From: Amoebidium appalachense
Lineage: Eukaryota; Protista; Ichthyosporea
Reading direction: 5' to 3'
NCBI GenBank assembly: GCA_963693365.1
Contig: CAVNZM010000018.1
Coordinates: 491,861-555,860 of the forward strand
DNA: 64,000 nucleotides
A program made the position numbers and the translations under genes. Each line of letters begins with the position of its first letter. Positions within the stretch are counted from its first letter, which is position 1. The notes beneath the pieces are model-generated. The model was not told the origin of the DNA, did no database searches, and saw nothing but the letters and a program-made list of their open reading frames with translations. Positions 35,700 to 64,000 of this stretch are shown here, one piece after another.

Positions 35700-36299
35700 T
35701 AAATCTCAGAACATTTGTCACACGATGCAAGTGACTTAAATGCATCACCGCTCATTCTTGTTTAAGTGATCAGGATCCCAAACTGCTGCAGAATTGTTAA
35801 ATTCATCACATCCATTAGCTATGTTTGTAAGCTGTTCACTTCGGCGACGCAGGATCAACTTGGACTTAGCCTCCTCAGGCAAATGATTACGCAATCACCA
35901 TGATGACGCAATACTTTCACCCAGCAACCAATCAGAAACCTCTATTTTCCAACCGCAAATGCTAATCCCACAATCAAATACCCTAAAATCCCTTTCCTCA
36001 TAAATTATGCCCAGACCTTCAATTGTTTGTCCTTGACGCAGAGGCAGTATCGATGTCGATGAGGTCTAACCGAGACTCGATTATTGCTGATTGAAAACTA
36101 AAACCCAATACCCGCGTGCACGACCTTCACGGGTCGGGCATGCAATTTTTGCATGGGCTCGCTTCGGTGGGCCTTCATTCATATGGCTAAAGAAAAATTA
36201 AATAGGACCCTATGAGTAGGATTACTGGTGGCTGCGCGCACCACTTCCACCCTATATGTATGTATGTGCGGCTGTGGCGTTACCCCAGGGTCTATCACC

Positions 36300-41680
<5,381 letters not shown>

Positions 41681-41688
41681 GGCATGTC

Positions 41689-41719
<31 letters not shown>

Positions 41720-41882
41720 GGGTGTGTGTGGGTGTGGGTGTGTCACAGTGTGTGCGGCTGCGTGCGTGCGTGCGTGTGTGGGTGCGTGCGTTAAGTGCGT
41801 GCGTGCGTGCATGTGCGAGTGTGTGTGTGTGCGTGTGTGTGGGTGGGTGGGTGGGTGGGTGTGTGCGTGTGTGCGTGCGTGC

Positions 41883-41917
<35 letters not shown>

Positions 41918-42482
41918 CGTGCGCACGCGCGCGTGCGAGTACACACGCTTGTGTGCGCGCACATGCACCCGGGTGTGTTTGTACGATTGATGAAGCGGAG
42001 AGGCGGTGGCCCTGTTTGTTGGGGGGGAGGAGGGGAGGTTGGAAGGGGGGGGGGGGGGGGGGGGGATGGGGGGAATGGGGCGGGGGGTAGGGGGAGAAGG
42101 GGGGAAGGAGAAAAGGGGGGTGCTGTGGAAAGGGGGAAATGGGGAGGGCGGAAAATGGGGGGGGGGGGGGGGGGGGAGGGAGGGGAGAGGGGGAAGGGGG
42201 GGGGGGGGGTTCTAGCCTTTCGTCGACAAATCAGATAGACTAGGTCAACTTACCTAAGGCTTAATCTAAATCAGCCTCTAGAGCTGGCTGCGGTTTTTTG
42301 TTCAATAAGACCCCCCCCGGAAAGAATGCAGTTTTGAAACTTCCTGCCCGAACTCTCATAGGTCCGGTGGGTTTTGCACCCAGGCCAGAAAACCGACTTC
42401 CAAGCACTGACCCACCAGCCGCTGCATTTACAAGAATGTGCAGGTGGGTGCTAGGGAGGGGAGGGGCCGGGGGGCAGAAGGG

Positions 42483-42525
<43 letters not shown>

Positions 42526-42595
42526 GGGGGGGGGAGGAGGGGAGTAATGGGGGCAACCCACTGTTCAATCCCCCTTCCCCCCTCCTCCCCTCCCC

Positions 42596-42626
<31 letters not shown>

Positions 42627-45104
42627 ATACATGTATACGCAAATACTGAAAACCTTTTGGAAATATCATAAGTAATGTCGATGTCAAAGGCTGAGAAATT
42701 ATTGTGGATTCCGTTATGCGAAAACATACTGAAATTCTCTAACAAGAACCCCCCTCCAACCCCCCGCCCCCCTCTCTCTCCGACACACACACACACACCT
42801 CTACATTAACTTCATCGGAACCATACCATCACAAAAATACCATAATAATGGCTGAGATCGGGGGGATTTAGCTTATAAAGTAGAAATACTGCCGCCGCAA
42901 TATCAAGCCGTGCATGTGAAACATGGCGGTGCATGGCCGGTGGTTGTGGGTAGGTTAGGGGGGTCGGGGGTGAAGCCACACGGAGGTGTGAGGTGGCCCA
43001 GGGATGAAGATACGAAGAAAAAACGGAAGTGGTCTTGCAGCGGATAGGTCGGTCGGGTGGAGGAGGCCGAGAGTCCAACAACAAAGAATACAAGGGCGCA
43101 GTGAGGACGGGGGAAAACCAATAGTGCCCTCTTATTTGCACGACTAGTGGGTGGGGGGGTACCAATAATGCCCTTATATTTGCACGACTAGTGGGTGAAG
43201 GGAGCGACTGAAAGGCGCCTATCGTCTAGCTGGTGCGTGGAGCATAATGGTATATGTATCGGATTGGCTGAGCTTGTAGCGTTGTTATCACCCCCCCAAA
43301 AAAGCGCAAGTTTATTGTCATAAAGCTTATACTTTGTGAAACCTTATCATCATCACATTGTTTTGTAGAAACAATGGTTCTGCAGGCAGCGCTGCAGTCA
43401 AAAAAGATAGCCAGCAAGGTCACAAACTAACATTTAATTAATGGTTTGCCATGTGCCAAAATGGCGTGCAAGAAAATTTTTAACTTTGATAGTCTAACAC
43501 CTGCCATCATGCTGGTGTGTGGCCGTGCTGGGAAACGTAGTGAGCCACATGCACGCGCACGAGCGGCAGAATTCTTTATTACGATATCTAAAATGTATAA
43601 GAGGGAGAATAATAGGTAGAAAGAGACCCAGATGACGTCGGAGGGTATGTAGGCGTAAGGGGGGGGGGGGGGGGGGGAGGGAGGGAGGGGGGTTGATTTT
43701 TTTTTTTGGCCTGGGGGGGGCGGGGGACAGGGCCCGGGTAGGCACGGGGGGAGGACCCGGGGGGGGGGGGGGGGGGGGGAAGGGGGGAGGGGTCGGGGGG
43801 AGTGGGGAGGGGAGAGAGGTTTATTTTTTTTGGTCCCCGGGGCAGGGGGTAATTCGGGGGGCGGGGACTTTCATATTGACGACTTTGATTCAGTAAGCCC
43901 CCCTCTCCCCCCCCCCCCCCCCCCCCCCCCCACACACACACACGATGGGCCGGGTCTCTCCAACCTGCACGCATCGGCCATGCAACATGGCTGCGTATGA
44001 TAAAGGACCCCGACCACGGTTGCCATTAATGAGCCCATACTTCATACACGCCACCACAATATCACTCAGCCGCCCAGCAAATTTCAGTTCGCGCGTGTGT
44101 GTGTGGGTGTGTGTGTGTGGGGGGGGGGGGGGGGGGGGAGGGGGTTCAAGGTTTACACGGTCATTTTTTTTGGGAAACGGCCTGCACATGCTTGCCGGTG
44201 CCCGAACATGCAGCCCATAACAAACCCTCCAAAATAGGCAACGAAAGTAACGAAAATGGGCTAGAGGGAAGGAAAAGAAAGCTGGAGGGTGAGATGAAAC
44301 TATGTAGGAGGACAGGGGCGGGGGCCGGAAATAGAATATGAACTTTGAAATCAAGAGGTAACTAACATAAAGGGGGGGGGAAGGGGGGGGGGGGGGGGGG
44401 ATATGCAGTGGGATGCCTCCCCCCCTCCCCGCTCCTCCCTCCCCCCCCCGGGTGCCACAAGTGAGGACAAATAATTCAACACATACAGTAACAGCAGAAT
44501 GTATCCTCATGCTAATGGTTCATACTTAGGGATTTGGTATGATCATGGAAGTTTAATCAATGGATCACTCGACATATTTTGCCGGGGAACAAAGAGGACA
44601 TTAGGTCACTATAAATCAAACTTTATCAAGAATACTTTGCCAAGAAAAAAATGGTTGACACGAAAACTTGTAATCCGTGCGTGCAATCATTCGTGTACAT
44701 AGAGAAAACCAAATCGAAACAACAGTTGTTTCTGTTTACCACTGACCAGACCATCCCCCCCCCCCCCCCCCCCCTCCACACACACACTCCACCCCTACAT
44801 CTAAAGAAAACGGATTATTCCTAGTTCTATGTGTGAGCTCTCTGGTGGTCTCTGGGGATTAACAAGCCAGTCCTCCCCTCGGGCTCCGTAGCATCCATAT
44901 ACACAGCCCACTGTTTAATCCCCCCCTTCCCCCCCCCCCCCCCCCCCCCCTCCTTTTTTCTTCTGGAAGGTAAACAGCACGCAGTACATCCCCTGCCACC
45001 CCCCCCCCCCCCTCCTCCCCCTCCTGGCCCTGTCAGCCCCCCTCCCCCCCCCCCCCCCTCCCCCCTCCCCCTCCCCCCCCCCCGCCCGCCCCGCCCCCCG
45101 CCTT

Positions 45105-46049
45105 CTAGTTCTTTTTCTTCTGGAAGGCAAACAGCACGTAGTAGCCTATGGCCTCCCACTGGTGCCTGTCTATGGTGCCGTTCTGGTCAAACACCCGCAT
45201 ACGCACCATCAGGTCAACATTGGTGGGCTCCCTCACCGCCTCCTGGTAAAACTCGTGGAATCTCTGGTGCAGGAGCAGCTCCAGCCCGTATTCCCGTGCT
45301 AAACCTTCGAGGTGGTGGAAGTGAACGAGAAATTCAGGGCAGGTGTCGATGGCATCCACAAGGGTGAACAGGTACTTGCACCCATAAACGGGGAAGGAAT
45401 CCCGGTTGACAAATGACGCCTTGAAAACATCGTTGCCAAACTCCAGCCCCTCCACCGACTTGACCTTCTTGACAAGCCGGCAAGCATCTGGCGTAGTGCC
45501 GATAAAATACCCGCCGGGCTTGAGCAGGTCGGTGATGTTTTGCAGCATCCTCCTCGCTCTCTGTTCGCTCTCGAAGGCGTAGTGCAAGCTGAACTGGCAG
45601 CTGACCACGTCAAATGCATATCTCTCGGGGAACATGTCTCGCAGCCGCACCGTGCCGCAATCCGCCGTGTAGAAGTCAGCCGGGGGGCGGAACCCCCTCA
45701 GCTCGGCATATCGCTGGCGAGCCTGCTGTATGCTCACATCAGCAAGGTCCACCCCTACCAACCGGCCCACCCTGCGCTTGGAATACTTGAGCAAATCGCC
45801 ACCCTTGCCGCAGCACAAATCCAGCACGGTGTCGCCTGGGCGCACATACTGGTTGATGAGAAGACTCTTGACCCAGTTGTTGAAGCTGCGCAGCTGCAGG
45901 ATAACGCTCTGCTGGCGGGCCTCCAGCCCCTTGTCCGGCCTGCTGTTGTAGTGCGCCTCGACCAGCTGCTTGGTTTCTGCTCCCTCCCCGCGCTGCCTCT
46001 TGGCCCCGGGCTCTTCCTCCCCCTCATACCCGCGCTTGTGGGCGGACAT
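45105..46049 (-). CDS. RNMT: mRNA cap guanine-N7 methyltransferase (RNMT/Abd1), single coding exon
   Basis: VEAHYN...LRSFNNWVKSLLI...VLDLCCGKGGDLLKY...FDVVSCQFSLHYAFESE...LKPGGYFIGT...YGCKYLFTLVDAIDTCPEFLV...WEAIGYYVLFAFQK. Likely start is the ATG at 46049, just after a 5'-UTR intron acceptor (CACAG near 46066). Confidence 0.96.
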   Translation of the reverse strand: MSAHKRGYEGEEEPGAKRQRGEGAETKQLVEAHYNSRPDKGLEARQQSVILQLRSFNNWVKSLLINQYVRPGDTVLDLCCGKGGDLLKYSKRRVGRLVGVDLADVSIQQARQRYAELRGFRPPADFYTADCGTVRLRDMFPERYAFDVVSCQFSLHYAFESEQRARRMLQNITDLLKPGGYFIGTTPDACRLVKKVKSVEGLEFGNDVFKASFVNRDSFPVYGCKYLFTLVDAIDTCPEFLVHFHHLEGLAREYGLELLLHQRFHEFYQEAVREPTNVDLMVRMRVFDQNGTIDRHQWEAIGYYVLFAFQKKKN

Positions 46050-46464
46050 GGTACTGGGAAAGAACCTGTGTGCCTGCGAGTGTGGGTGTGCCGGCTGGTG
46101 GACGGTGTGTTTGTGTATGCAGGGGCTGCTGATAGAGTTGCACAGCAGGGCTGGAAGTAGACGGTGGTGTTTGGTGTGTGTTGAAACACCGTGTCGCACA
46201 CATACGAATTTGGCAGCTCGATGGTTTTGGACTGCAAATGACTAAGTAGCGCGAAGTAGTAACAACGAAAAGTAGGTAGAGAGTAAAGAAAAAAGTGGCT
46301 TGTAAGTTGTGCTTGGAGCTTTTGTTTGATCTTAACAAAACTTGCTGGCGTTTGCGCAAACACAAGGACAGCAACAGGTTGCGCAAACGGAACCGGGTGG
46401 GATCGGAATGGGTCCTGGGTGGCTCCGAGAACCACACATGTACACATGTTCGTGTACATGCGTG

Positions 46465-46507
<43 letters not shown>

Positions 46508-46538
46508 GTTCAGATTATTATTATTATTATTATTTTTT

Positions 46539-46584
<46 letters not shown>

Positions 46585-47253
46585 GTTGGCAATCAACAAT
46601 GTCGAACCAACAGGCCTGCAAGGAGCCGAGGGAAAGGGAAACTTGAGTTCGGGCCGGGGTACATATAAGGAGACCTAATATCAGGGCCTAGGGAGATATA
46701 AATACTAATTGAGGGAGGCTGCTCACGACGGTAGCAGCTGACAGGTGAATATAACTGCACAAGTAGCCAAGTCTTAGAGTGTTTGTTATGTTTATTGACG
46801 TTTGTTTTGCCTTGCCACTACCCCTGCCAGACAGATACCTACGATAGCAGCTCCATGGGTGGTCGGACCAAAACAAATAAGAGGCCTCGACCAGAACTGG
46901 GCAAGCACCAGGACACCCTGCCGGTTTCCCTATATATATATGGCTGATGTTTTGTAATGCGGTGATTGAACAGAGATGAAACAGGATGAGCGTAATTATG
47001 TACTTGTGTGCTTGATTGATGCTCGCATATGTGTATGTGCAATTTAAATGAGTGATTCAAATATCAGTTGCACGTGCATACAGACAGATTCATTCAGCAC
47101 TGACAATGCCTACCACCAAGAACCTTAAGAAACACTTGAAGCTGCGAGCTCTTGTTAAAAATGCAGTGGCTCATCTGTACTTCGTGTCTAATACTGCCCG
47201 CACTAATATTAGTACTTGATGCACGAGCACAGACGCACAGACTGCACTATTTT

Positions 47254-47317
47254 AGTACTGTGTGCACTAAGTACTGTGTGCACTAAGTACTGTGTGCACT
47301 AAGTACTGTGTGCACTA
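47254..47317. repeat. 17-bp tandem repeat AGTACTGTGTGCACTAA (about 4 copies) abutting the LSM1 stop codon
   Basis: Direct reading. Confidence 0.9.
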
Positions 47318-47470
47318 ATATAAGTCGTCAAAGAGTGGGTCTGAGGGCAGGGAGTAGCCCCTGTCCAGCAGTACCTTGTTCTTGAGCCTCTGCTGTGCAT
47401 CACGTACCTCCTGCACCGCAAAAAGAACCTTATGTCAGTGCCGAAAGGAGTTTTTTTTTTTTTTTTTGGT

Positions 47471-47507
<37 letters not shown>

Positions 47508-48668
47508 GTTTGTCTCAAATCGTAAAAAGGAGTAGAGAGCAGGGAGAGTTGGTGGGACGAGGGCGTGGAAGATTTTTCAGATATTGTTGCTGTTGTTTGT
47601 TTGGGGGAGAGGTGGGCGGGCGAGAAATGGTGGTAGTGGGTTGTGTGTGTGTATGTATGCGTGTGTGTGTACACACGGTGTGTGTGTGTGCGTGCGTGTG
47701 TGTGCGCGCGCGCGTGTGTGATCAGGTGCTCTGTGTGTGTGTGTGCGTGTGTGTGTGGTGTGTGCGCGTGTGTGTGTGCGTGTCTAAGTGCGCGCGCCAT
47801 GTGTGTGTGTATTTGTGCCTGTGCGTGCGCGCACCATGTGTGTGTGTGTGTGTGTGTGTGTGCGGGCGTGTTTGTGTGTTTTGGAAGCTGGGAGAGGGGG
47901 GGGGGGGGCATAGCAAGCAACAATCACAAATGAGAACACACCATCTGCTCCCCCCCCCCCCCCCCCCCCAGCCCCCTCCCCCCAACCACAAAAAAAAAAA
48001 GAAAAAAAAAAGAAAAAAAAGAAAAGAACAAAGAAAAAAAACATCCACACGCACCTGCTCGACCCTTTGAGCCTGCAGTGCATCGTCTATGTCGACCTCC
48101 ACTAGGGGTGAATTTGCCTCCTTCTCTGGATCCTGCCCCGTGAACACACAGTCAAGCCACTGTCTGTTTGGCACCACTGCCCCCCACATTTAGTCTGCTC
48201 ACCGACCCCTTAGCTACTTCCATCATTGAATGTGCCACATGTCTCCCCCCCGCTCCCCCGTTCTCCCCCTTCTCCCCCCCTCCCCCCTCCTCTCCTCTAT
48301 TCCAGCCAAGCCATGCTGCAAAATCAAGATCGAAGGTGGAGAAATGGGAGGTAACAGAAAGACTTGGGTACACTCGGCACAACCCAAACCCGATCTTTTT
48401 TCACAAACAGAGAACAATGACTCGAAATGTGGTATAATTCTCAGGGGTGGGGGGGGGGGGGGGGGGGGGGGGGGGGGTGGGGGGAGGGGGGGGGGGGGAG
48501 GGAGGGGGGGGGGGGGGGGGGGAGGGGAGGGGGGGGGGGGGGGGGAAGAAAGAGAGGGGAGAGGTGGTTGGGTGGGAGAAGGCAGAGGAGGGGCAGTCAA
48601 TGTGAGCTTGTGCAGTAAAGGGGTACGTGGGGATTGGAGGGGAAGGCCGGGAGGGTGTGTATATGTGT

Positions 48669-48718
<50 letters not shown>

Positions 48719-48907
48719 GGGGGAGGAGGAGGGGAGGGGCATAATACAACATATGATCACATAGGCTGTCCATAACCGAAACCTTACACCAGGGCAGTAT
48801 ACGAACATGTGAACTTGACGGCGGGCTGATATGGGCAAGGGGGTCGCAAAAAAGGGGGGAGGGGAGGGGGGGGGGGGGGGGGGGGGCGTGACTGTGCTTG
48901 CGGTGGT

Positions 48908-48963
<56 letters not shown>

Positions 48964-49465
48964 GCGGGGAGGGGGGGGAGACATACGATTTCACCGAGCA
49001 AAACGACGTTCTCGCCGCGAACAAGGAAAATGCCTCTGTGGATGTCTCCGTATTCTTTGCCCACGTGCACCCGCTCTATTGTGTCCTGGAGAACTAGATT
49101 TGCTGGACAGACGCAAATTGTGGTCATGTTAGATGTGCGGCAAACCATGAAAGGTAATGTGTGTGGACTGTTGTCGATCATATTACTAAATATTTTTGTT
49201 GTTTCTTTTTTTCCTCTTTCCTTTCCTACCTTCCCCCCCCCCCCCCCCCCCCCCCCCCCATCTTTCTTTTCTTTGCAAAACTCTTCTTTTTTTACGCCCG
49301 CCGGGGAAGGGGGGGCGGAGAGGGGGGGCTGCACAAAAATTTGGAATGAGAACTCGGTGTAAGAAACCCCAGCAGGTAAAGAAATTGCGGGAGAAAGTGA
49401 AAGAATTTCCAGGCAGGTGGGACGGGGGTGGGTGTTTTTTGTTGTAGTAGTAGTAGTTGTTGTTG

Positions 49466-49539
<74 letters not shown>

Positions 49540-49540
49540 A

Positions 49541-49628
<88 letters not shown>

Positions 49629-50192
49629 CCCCCCCCCCCCTCTCTGTGTGTATGTGTGTGTGTGTGTGTGGTGTGCCTGTTTTGTGTGTGTGCTGGTACA
49701 CGCCTGTATGTGTTAGTCTGTGAGTTTTAATGGTGGTGGGGCAGGAGAGGGGGAGGGGGAAGGCTTAGAGATAAGAGCCGGGTGAACGAGCCCCCCGGGG
49801 GGGGGGGGGGTTTGAATGCGGAACACAGTACGAAGTACGCATACACGATGAGAAGCATGGTGCAGGACACGTGCAAAGGCAAACATTCAAGTATGCAACA
49901 TCAGCCATGTGCACAGTATGCGTCATAAGCAGAGCCCATCCTCAGGGAGGGCCGGGGGGGGGGGGGGTTGGTATTCAGCAGGAATTTCTTTTCATTGAGA
50001 GCCGATGGGGTTGGGGTGAGGCAGAGAGGCGAGCGAGAAAGCAGGAGGGCACACCGAACAAATTGAGGAAAAGGAGGAGAACGAAAAAATTGAAAAGCCG
50101 ACAGAGCAACTCGACAAAGATGAAACTATGGACTCGTGTTACACGTGCTTGTAATCAAGCACCGGGGATTGGGCGATGGGGCGGAGGGACGG

Positions 50193-50281
<89 letters not shown>

Positions 50282-50329
50282 CGGGGGGAGAGAGAGAGAG
50301 ACAGAGAGGGAGAGGGAGAGGGAGAGGGA

Positions 50330-50377
<48 letters not shown>

Positions 50378-50869
50378 GAGAGAGGGAAAGACTCTTTGAG
50401 AGAAAAAGAGAGGGAGAAGAGGAAGAGAGAGAAGAGGGGTGGGGGGGAAGGGGATGTGCAGGAAACAAATACAGGAAATGAAATTGACGGTGAGTAAGCT
50501 GATGAGGTGGCATGCTCATAAAAGAGAGAACTGGCCACTCATAGCACCCGACAAATGGACAATCAACCGAACGGGCAAAGAAGGCGGAGTATAACTTACC
50601 AAACTGGTCGATTGAGCGAAGGTATCCGATGAGCTTCCGGCCGTCTCTCAACACAACCAACATCTTTTCTGTTTTACAAAATGTTGAGTGTCAGTACACA
50701 TCAACCTCTGCATTTTAGCACAGCAGCACATGGCCGTGTGTACACAAGCACGAAGAGAGCAATAATCCCCGACAAGGCCAGCACCAGGCCTAAGAAATAG
50801 GAAAGAAGACTCACTGTCTATCTCTTCCACCAAGCTGGCGGTTCCTGGAAGATAAGCGCCGGTTGCCAT
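47315..50869 (-). CDS. LSM1: Sm-like protein LSM1, 5 exons
   Basis: [18 protein letters not shown] / [22 protein letters not shown] / [39 protein letters not shown] / [26 protein letters not shown] / [31 protein letters not shown]. Exons at approx 50869-50815, 50668-50599, 49104-48988, 48132-48055, 47410-47315. Confidence 0.95.
49813..49945. repeat. Copy of the about 130-bp G-run-flanked intronic repeat, in LSM1 intron 2
   Basis: GAATGCGGAACACAGTACGAAGTAC...CAAACATTCAAGTATGCAACATCAG matches 21536-21668 and 21992-22130. Confidence 0.75.
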
Positions 50870-51885
50870 GTTGACGTGTTTTTCGTGTCGCTCCCTGTCC
50901 CTCCCTGTTCTCAGCTACCTACAAGCCCTTTAGATCACCAATGCTTATTTTCGGGTGGATTGGTGAGTTCTGGTCTGTTCAACTCGTAGCTCTATAGTCT
51001 CTTCTCTCTTATAAAACGAAGACACAAACTTCACTGATTTATTGTGGGAGATTATGATTGGATAAATATGTATCACTTACGTAAGAGTTCAGCAATTTGT
51101 GCTGACCAATCACCTGATGCGGCCTCGCTTAATGGAAGATGAGTAACCACCCACCACCAATGACCGTCTATAATATATAATTTAGTATCACTGTTCTCAT
51201 ACATGACTATGTACAATAGACGGTTCACGCAGCATCGGGGGCCAAAAAAAAGCAAAAAAAAAGGGAAAAAAAACAACATCAAAGGGAAAATCGAGCTATT
51301 TTTATGACTAATGTATTCATTAGCATTTGGCATTTCGGACGTGTATGATAATGTGAATTCCATGTTCTTATATTTGGGTGGTACCTCAAACGATGAATCT
51401 GGCCGCTCAGTGTGATCGCTAGTGAGATTACAAGTGTACACCGGGCAGGTTGTGTGCAAAGAAAACATGGGAATTGGAGTTTGCTAAGAAGTTACACGCA
51501 TAGCATTTACGCGTAAGCCTGCTCGTGTTTCTTTCTCAAGGTGAATTGAGCATACTTGTGGACTTATTGTGCACCGGGGGGCGTCACACCATTGTCCTGT
51601 TCCCAACGTTGATAATCAACACTTACTATATTTTGATTACTTGTAGCAACAACGCCTCTAGGGCTGCATATATGCATAGTCCCGTGCATTAGGGACTCTG
51701 GAGATGCTTTCCATGCTGACATCCAGCTAGAATTTGTTTCGAGGTCTCTCACAATGAAACGCTACCACCACCCAAGAACCAAGCAGAAGTCTTCTTCTTG
51801 TGATTTCTGTCAGCAAAAATAGGTTACTAAGATAAATTAGACATAACTTTGTAGGTTCTTAACAGCAGGAGTTAGGCACCCGAAC
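50870..51885. promoter_or_regulatory. Probable bidirectional promoter / 5'-UTR region between LSM1 and the H-NOX gene
   Basis: Divergent genes about 1 kb apart. The interval is microsatellite-free, has CCAAT/ATTGG motifs near 50958, 51057 and 51106, and a possible UTR intron acceptor TTTGTAG at about 51854. Confidence 0.5.
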
Positions 51886-63279
<11,394 letters not shown>

Positions 63280-63486
63280 GGTACCCACCCCCCCCCCCCC
63301 CCCCCCCCCCTCAAAAAAAAAAAAAAAAAAAAAGATTAAGAAGAAGAAGAAGGAGAAGAAGAAGAAGAAGAAGAAGAAGAAGAAGAAGAAGGGGGGAAAA
63401 GGAAAAAGAACAAGAACAGAAAAGAAAAGGGACTGAAAGAGAGAGTTGTGAATGAAATAAAGGTAGGGTGTGTATGTGTGCGTGTG

Positions 63487-63614
<128 letters not shown>

Positions 63615-63640
63615 TGTGTGTGTGTGTGTGTATTACACAT

Positions 63641-63677
<37 letters not shown>

Positions 63678-64000
63678 ACATTAAAAAAAAAAAAAAGTGC
63701 TCACACACAGAGTAGCTCACACCCACCGAACACGCCGCACACGCTGTGTACACACACACACACACAGAGAGAGAGAGAGGAAGAGAGAGAGGGAGAGAGA
63801 GAGAGAGATGAGAGAGAGAGAGGGGGGGGGGGGGGGGGGTAATCATGTGAACTTGCCCACACCACCATTTGTCTTCACATATATAACATCCCCTAAAAAA
63901 AAAAAAACATTTAATAATGCAGACATAATCCCACGATATCCTTTTTCAGGGGTTTTCTGTGATATATCTCCCTGCATTCTCCCTGCTGACCGTGTATGCT

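Overview
Eukaryotic nuclear DNA from an intron-rich genome, probably a unicellular opisthokont or other protist (inference). Introns are packed with (CA/GT)n, (GA/CT)n and long poly-G/C runs, so almost all ORFs in the supplied track are microsatellite artefacts. Exons were assembled by hand. Host genes: Sec6/EXOC3 (minus, 15.9-32.2 kb), an intronless mRNA cap guanine-N7 methyltransferase (45.1-46.0 kb), LSM1 (47.3-50.9 kb), and a multi-exon plus-strand gene from 51.9 kb that runs off the window. That gene encodes H-NOX + H-NOBA sensor domains followed by a segment resembling the pre-catalytic region of class I cyclic-nucleotide phosphodiesterases rather than a cyclase; it is the best candidate for a novel system, but its catalytic domain is not in the window. 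Mobile or accessory DNA: an intron-containing tyrosine recombinase pseudogene directly downstream of an intronless NCLDV/poxvirus A22-like Holliday junction resolvase pseudogene; three 5'-truncated non-LTR RT copies; a young non-autonomous LTR element with a 5-bp TSD nested in one RT copy; decayed KDZ-like transposase remnants (low confidence); a TTAA MITE; a tRNA-like sequence; and several minisatellites. All family assignments are from motif recognition by eye, not database searches.
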